From Eledone cirrhosa (lineage: Eukaryota): 64,000 bases of DNA. This document shows positions 57,735-64,000 of this stretch, piece after piece; position 1 is the first letter of the stretch; the number at the start of each line of letters is the position of its first letter. Location of the stretch: assembly GCA_964016885.1 (NCBI GenBank), contig OZ024761.1:3162001-3226000 (forward strand). The letters are read 5' to 3'. A program made the translations under genes and the position numbers. The notes below the pieces were generated by a model. It searched no databases, was not told the origin of the DNA, and was given only the letters and a program-made list of their open reading frames with translations.

Positions 57735-59662
57735 TCACCCTTCTTGAGTCAAAAACATATAACTTCCAGCAATGCATGGTGACCATCATCAATAACCAAA
57801 GAATAGCTGAAGAGAGGTGGGCCATTGAGAAAATCAAACTCAACCCCAAAGTGTTCTTTTCATTTGCTAAAAAACACAAGGTCACCGTCTCGACTGTTGG
57901 GCCCCTAGTTGATGAAAATGACACACTCCAACACAATGCCATAACCATGGGAGAGATACTGCAGAAACAATACTGCTCTGTTTTCAGCAATCCTGATATG
58001 GCCGATCTGGGCCGTATCAGTGATGTTAATCCCCAACACACTATATCAGACATAACGTTTGGCGCCCCTGATGTCTTAGCGGCAATAAACGAAATTAAAC
58101 ACAATTCAGCAGTAGGCCCCGACAGGTTCCCTGCTTGTATCCTGAAGGTGTGTCGACACCAACTTGCATCTCCTCTTGCTAATCTGTGGAGGAACTCACT
58201 GGACACTGGCTATATTCCTGAAAACTTTGTCCCAGTCCGTTGTCCCAGTCTTCAAAAGAGGAAATAAGTCCCTTGCAGTGAACTACCGTCCGATCTCACT
58301 CACCTCTCACATTATCAAGGTATTTGAGAGGGTGGTGAGATCATATATAACCCACTTTCTTGAAAGCAACGGCCTGCTGAACTCCAACCAACATGGGTTC
58401 CGTAATGGAAGGGACTGCCTAACGCAGCTCCTGCATCACTTTGACGATGTTTTGAGAGCCTTGGCAGAGGGCTCCAACACTGATGTCAACTACCTTGACT
58501 TCAGCAAGGCCTTCGACAGGATTGATCATAAGATTCTACTGAAAAAACTATCCAATGTTGGTGTCTCTGGAAGCTTACTACAGTGGATCAAATGTTTCCT
58601 GACTGTCAGAACCCAGCATGTTGTAGTCGAAGGGGTAAAATAAAGCCCTGCCAAAGTCAGCAGTGGCGTCCCACAAGGCCCTGTGTTGGGCCCACTTCTT
58701 TAAATCATCTACATTAATGACATTACTGACATCATCAAGCACAGCAACATCAGAATCTTCGCAGATCATTCCAAGCTCCAAAGGGTCATCAATGAGGTGG
58801 ATGACCGGACTTGCCTTCAGTCAGACCTACTGGCTGTTATCCAATGGGCAGAAATGAATAATATGCTGTTGAATAAAGATAAATTTGAATTAATCCACTT
58901 TGGAAAAAAGGATGCCCTGAAACTACGATACTCGCTTCCTTCAGGCGAAACTCTAGTGGAATCCAATAACATCAGAGACCTGGGAGTAATTGTGGACAAC
59001 AACATAAGCTGGGCCACTCATATAAACAGCAAAGTTGATATGGTCCGCAGAATGTGTTCCTGGATTCTTAGAACTTTCCAGTCGAGAGATATCCCCACTG
59101 TTATCCTTCTCTTCTTTTGCCCGACCCCACCTTGAATACTACTGTCCACTGTGGTCACCCCACACGAAACAAAGTATCATGAAAGTTGAAGCACCCCAAA
59201 GGTCAATTACAAAAAAGATAGATGGCATGGCAGATCTTGACTATTGGAGTCGATTAGAAAAGCTGAAACTTTATTCTCTCCAACGTCGCCGTGAGCACTA
59301 CATTATCTGTATGATATGGAAAATATTCCATCAGCTTTGCCCAAATGATATTTGCATCACCTTTAGGCTTGGGTCCCGTGCTATCCGCCCACGACAAAAA
59401 TCTCACTCGCATCACATAACAACAATACGGCACAATTATTTCACCTCAATTGGCCCTGCACTCTTTAACATTACACCAAGACACATCAAAGCAGAGACAG
59501 GCCCCATCAAGTTCAAGAAGTCTTTGGATAAATTCCTTCAAGAAATCCCGGATAAGCCTCCTGCACCCGGATATGCCCCCGTAAACAATTTGTAAGACTT
59601 CGCCAGGTAGTGCTATTAAGTTAGACATGGCCTGGGCCACTACTGGCCGAAACCTATCAAAG
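57735..59662 (+). mobile_element. 5'-truncated CR1-group LINE (different family)
   Basis: NPKVFFSFAKK, NYRPISLTSH, QHGFRNGR, YLDFSKAFD, HLEYYCPLWSP, LYSLQRRRE, LDKFLQEIPDKP. Confidence 0.9.
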
Positions 59663-59944
59663 TTATATATATATATTATAATAATTATATATATATATAT
59701 TATATATGATATATATATATATTATATATGATATATATATATTATATATATTATATATTATGTATATATATATTATATATATATATATATATATTATATA
59801 TATTATATATATATATATATTATATATATATATATTATATATATATATTATATATATATATATTATATATATGTTATATATATATATATCATATATATTA
59901 TATATATATATATTATATATATTATATACATTATATATATACAC

Positions 59945-62900
59945 AGTTCAAGAGTAACCAATCTTAAAGAGAGAGATGGAGATAGTAGAGGAGATATGAG
60001 AGGAGAGATTGGTGAGTTAGTTAGAAGCCAAAGCGTAACGGCATGTGCTCAATGTGCAATATGCAGTAGAAAGCAGCTAGGTGGCTGGGTTCATGCAGAA
60101 GTTAGGTGCGCAGAGCTGGAAATATTCATTAGTTAAGCAAAACAAGACCACAAACTTCACAAGGAAGACATTATTAAAAGATTGTCAACATATATTAGTT
60201 TGATGTAAGGAATGTAGAGAATAATAATAATAATATTAATAATAATAATGTCCGTTTACAATTGTTTCGCTACTCCATATAATATTTCTGGATCAGATGA
60301 CTATATATCATAATTGATCTGGTTCAGTTGAAAATAATTAACATATTTAAAAAAACAGAGTGGCTCATCGGAACTCAAAGGAATATAAATTAAAATAATG
60401 TTACATAATATAATGTTCCATATATTGGTTTTTACTATGGTGTCTTGGTTGCATCAGCTGTCAGCCATAATCAAGCAGTATTCATCTATCGAGTCTGCGT
60501 TGTGTGAGATCTGCCTATGGGTAACAAGATGTCTGCCAAAGGGCATATTTACGTTACTAATTAGAGGGTGGTTTCAGGGGAAGTAACTTCTCGAGAGATT
60601 AGAGATTGTGAGTATTTATAGTTAAGTGCTAGTTTTTAATTTTTTTAATTGAGAGACAATGTAGGGGAGGTAACTTATAATTATGGAATTGTTCATAGCA
60701 ATTTAACTTATTAACTACAAGTAGAAATGGGGCAACATGACTAAGTTGGGTCAAAAACTCTATTGGCGAAGGAATTAGCCATTCGATGTTGACAGCAAAT
60801 GGTTACCTCCGTTCTATCGTTAATCGGTAGAGGTCGTGATAGACATGTGTAATATGCTTCCGTAACACAGAGATCACAAGATTTTCTTCGTCCATTGAAT
60901 GGTTGGGCCCTAGCTACGATATCCCATTTTAGTGAGTGTTGAACGTTGTTTAATTTAAGGTTTTTAATGAGCCTAGCTAGCGATGTCGAACATCTGTTGC
61001 TAGGGTCTCGGAAGGAAAAAGAGTGCGTGTTAGACCGTACCTTAAAAGGGTTAGAGGTATACCCAATATAACAGTTGGTATTCGAAACAGTCTCAACCGT
61101 GCACTATGTTGGGTGTCAGGCAGTGTCCATTTAATGGGCATGCATTGGGGTAACGACAGTTGCAGTTGCTTCTGTGGTTAGTAAGAGTAGGGTTGTTTAA
61201 ACTAAGCGGTTGGTCCGTGCTAGAAGGATTAGATGGGGGAGGTGTGCTACTAGAGTAATTATTGGTGTAGTGGCGTGGTGTATTTGATAGGCGTGGTGGT
61301 ACCGAGGTGTGGGAGTTATACTGTCTTAGCTTATGATGGTTACTGAACGCGATGTGGCTAGCTATGTTAGGTGTTGTGGAGAATGAGATTTTAATGTTAT
61401 TTTTATTAAAGAGTTTGTAATATCTATGGTTGGGGTGGAAGTGTTTGGATAGGATAGAGAAGAAGCGTTTGGGGATATTAGTGGCTAGATTAGATGAGAA
61501 TGGTGGGTTGAGCCATGTGATATTTCTAGGTCTATTCCTTCTAGGGGTTCTAGTGGAGTTGGTAGGGGCCTTCCTAGGGTTATTATTACCTGGGGATTTG
61601 TTATTTGTCATCCCATTTCTCATTCCTATTCTAGGATTGATTTTTAGTTTGCTACTTGGAGTGGGGAGTAGGCCGCTGCCACCATTAAAGTTCCCTGTAT
61701 AGGTGCTGTTACTGCTAAAATTCCGGCGAATCTGGCTATATTCTAAGGTATTTCTAGTTCTAGTGTTAAGTTTATTATGGTGAGTTGCTGTGTTATGGCA
61801 TTTAGGTATGTAATAAATTGATTGTTTATAACCAGATACAGAGAGAGCCTTATAATATTGTGCGTGGTTAATAAATATCTCTTCATTTGCTGATAGCATT
61901 GAGATCCTATAGGAGATAGATTCGATTACCATAAACCAGGTGAAATACTCACATATATTAGCCCACACTCTCACCACCCACCGGCAGTCATCAGAGCAGT
62001 AATCAAATCTATCTCCTATAGGATCTCAATGCTATCAGCAAATGAAGAGATATTTATAAACCACGCACAATATTATAATAAGGCTCTCTCTGAATCTGGT
62101 TATAAACAATCAATTTATTACATACCTAAATGCCATAACACAGCAACTCACCATAATAAACTTAACACTAGAACTAGAAATACCTTAGAATATAGCCAGA
62201 TTCGCCGGAATTTTAGCAGTAACAGCACCTATACAGGGAACTTTAATGGTGGCAGCGGCCTTCTCCCCACTCCAAGTAGCAAACTAAAAATCAACCCTAC
62301 TCTCACTAACCGCAGAAGCAATTGCAACTGCCGTTACCCCAATGCATGCCCATTAAATGGACACTGCCTGACACCCAACATAGTCTATAGGTGCACGGTT
62401 GAGACTGCTTCGAATACCAGCTCTTATATCGGGTCTACCGCAAACCCTTTTAAGGTACGGTCTAACGCGCACTCTTTTTCCTTCCGAGACCCTAGCAACA
62501 GATGTCCGACATCGCTAGCTAGGCTCATTAAAAACCTTAAATTAAACAACGTTCAACACTCACTAAAATGGGATATCGTAGCTAGGGCCCAACCGTTCAA
62601 TGGACGAAGAACATCTTGTGATCTCTGTGTTACGGAAGCATATTACACAACTCTATCAAGACCTCTACCGATTAACGATAGAACGGAGGTAACCATTAGC
62701 TGTCAACATCGAAGGGCTAATTCCTTCGCCAATAGAGTTTTTGACCCAACTTAGTCATGTAGCCCCATTTCTACTTGTAGCTAATAAGTTAAATTTCTAT
62801 GAACAACTCGATAATTATAAGTTACCTCCCCTACATTGTCTCTCAATTAAAAAATTTAAAAACTAGCACTTAACTATAAATACTCACAATCTCTAATCTC

Positions 62901-63140
62901 TCGAGAAGTTACTTCTCCTGAAACCACCCTCTAATTAGTAAGGTAAATATGCCCTTTGGCAGCCATCTTGTTACCCATAGGCAAATCTCACACAATGCAG
63001 CCTCGACAGATGAAAACTGCTTGATTATGACTGACAGCTGATGCAACCAAGTAAAACATAGTAAAAACCAATATATGGAACATTATATTATGTAACATTA
63101 TTTTAATTTATATTCCTTTGAGTTCCGATGAGCCACTCTG

Positions 63141-63148
<8 letters not shown>
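59945..63148. mobile_element. Large inverted pair of Naiad-type PLE 3' halves
   Basis: Junction near 61928; WLNPPFS, KISFSTT, CNCRYPNACPLNGHC, YIGST, CDLC, CQHR; HHR-like motif at 60254-60374 (-). Confidence 0.9.
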
Positions 63149-63176
<28 letters not shown>

Positions 63177-63177
<1 letters not shown>

Positions 63178-63362
63178 GGGCGGTGAATTGGCAGTATTGA
63201 TAGAGGGTCAGATATGCTTTCCAGCGTAGTTACGTCCCTTTACGATCTGAGTTCAAATCCCGCCGAGGTTAACTTTGCCTTTCATCTTTACGGGGTCGAT
63301 AAAATAAAGTACCAGTAATGTACTGGGTAATTGCTGGCCTTGTGCCTAAAGTAGAAACAATT
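63177..63362 (+). mobile_element. tRNA-derived SINE inserted in (TTA)n
   Basis: Same family as 3933; flanked by TTA repeats. Confidence 0.87.
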
Positions 63363-63377
63363 ATTATTATTATTATT

Positions 63378-64000
63378 GTTCTTTGAGTCTCGGTCATTGA
63401 TGTTATTTAACTGGAAAGTTTGTTGAAATGAATATCAAGCCACTACCCGCAGCCTCAGATATTCGGGACGTATCGGAGGGTTCTTTCTGTTCCCAGCAAG
63501 CATGCCTTTTGAAGTGTTCCAAAAAGTTGGGCTGGACTAACCATCCTTGGAATCTCTTTGAGGTAGTACCTAGTGCTCCTATGACAATCGGGACGACCTT
63601 GATTTCATGGCAGTTCCAAATCCTTTTTACCTCCCACTTTAACTCCTGGTATCGGTTAATTTTCTCCCCCTCCTCTTCTTGCACTCTCGTGTCAAATGGG
63701 CAGGCTACATCTACAATCAGGCACGATCTTTTTTCCTTGTGAAAAAACCACCAGGTCAGGCCTATTGTGTTCTAATTTCTTGTCCGTCTGTATCCTAAAA
63801 TCCCACAGCACCTTCACCTGATCGTTTTCTATCACCGACTCTGGCTTATGCTCATACCACTTCTCAGAATGTGGTAAATTGTTTACTTTGCATAGGTGCC
63901 AGTGGTTCACCCTGCCCATCACATCATGTCTCCAGCCTTTATAGTGAGTCTGGGCTAGGTGTTTACACTCGGATGTAAGCCACAATGTGAGCCACAGTTT
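63378..64000 (-). mobile_element. R4/Dong-type non-LTR element, C-terminal restriction-like endonuclease
   Basis: RHD, WYEHKPESVIEN, LWDFRIQTD, HNRPDLVV, EKINRYQEL, VVPIVIGALG; the 3' end abuts (TAA)n. Confidence 0.88.

Noticed and set aside
62029-62754. Selenocysteine recoding, reported for some Naiad PLEs
   Set aside because: The conserved Cys positions in the Naiad fragments here are ordinary Cys codons; no in-frame TGA at those sites was seen.

Overview
Eukaryotic, repeat-saturated DNA with no intact long host ORF. The tRNA-derived SINE families and the vast (TA)n/(TATG)n tracts look like an octopod cephalopod (recognised from memory, not searched). Most listed ORFs are translations of microsatellites. 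The recognisable content is decayed retroelements: RTE LINEs (one near full length with three C-terminal C2H2 fingers), CR1-group LINEs, an R4/Dong-type element, tRNA-SINEs, a Helitron-like element and Penelope-like elements (PLEs, mostly Naiad-type RT + GIY-YIG). The main hidden structure is that nearly every island between TA tracts is a PLE-end module. I can fold about 20 type I hammerhead ribozyme (HHR) motifs by eye, from more than 10 unrelated families. Most have a self-complementary stem III. Two unrelated lineages (five motifs) carry a compensatory U3-A8 core. The modules follow a consistent asymmetric fold-back rule: an arm without tail plus an inverted arm with tail. Two non-coding HHR units occur as head-to-tail tandems (about 433 bp and 620 bp) and are retrozyme/circRNA candidates. 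Two possible host exons (48437-48557, 55764-55843) suggest part of the window is intronic. All folds and boundaries were read manually and are approximate.
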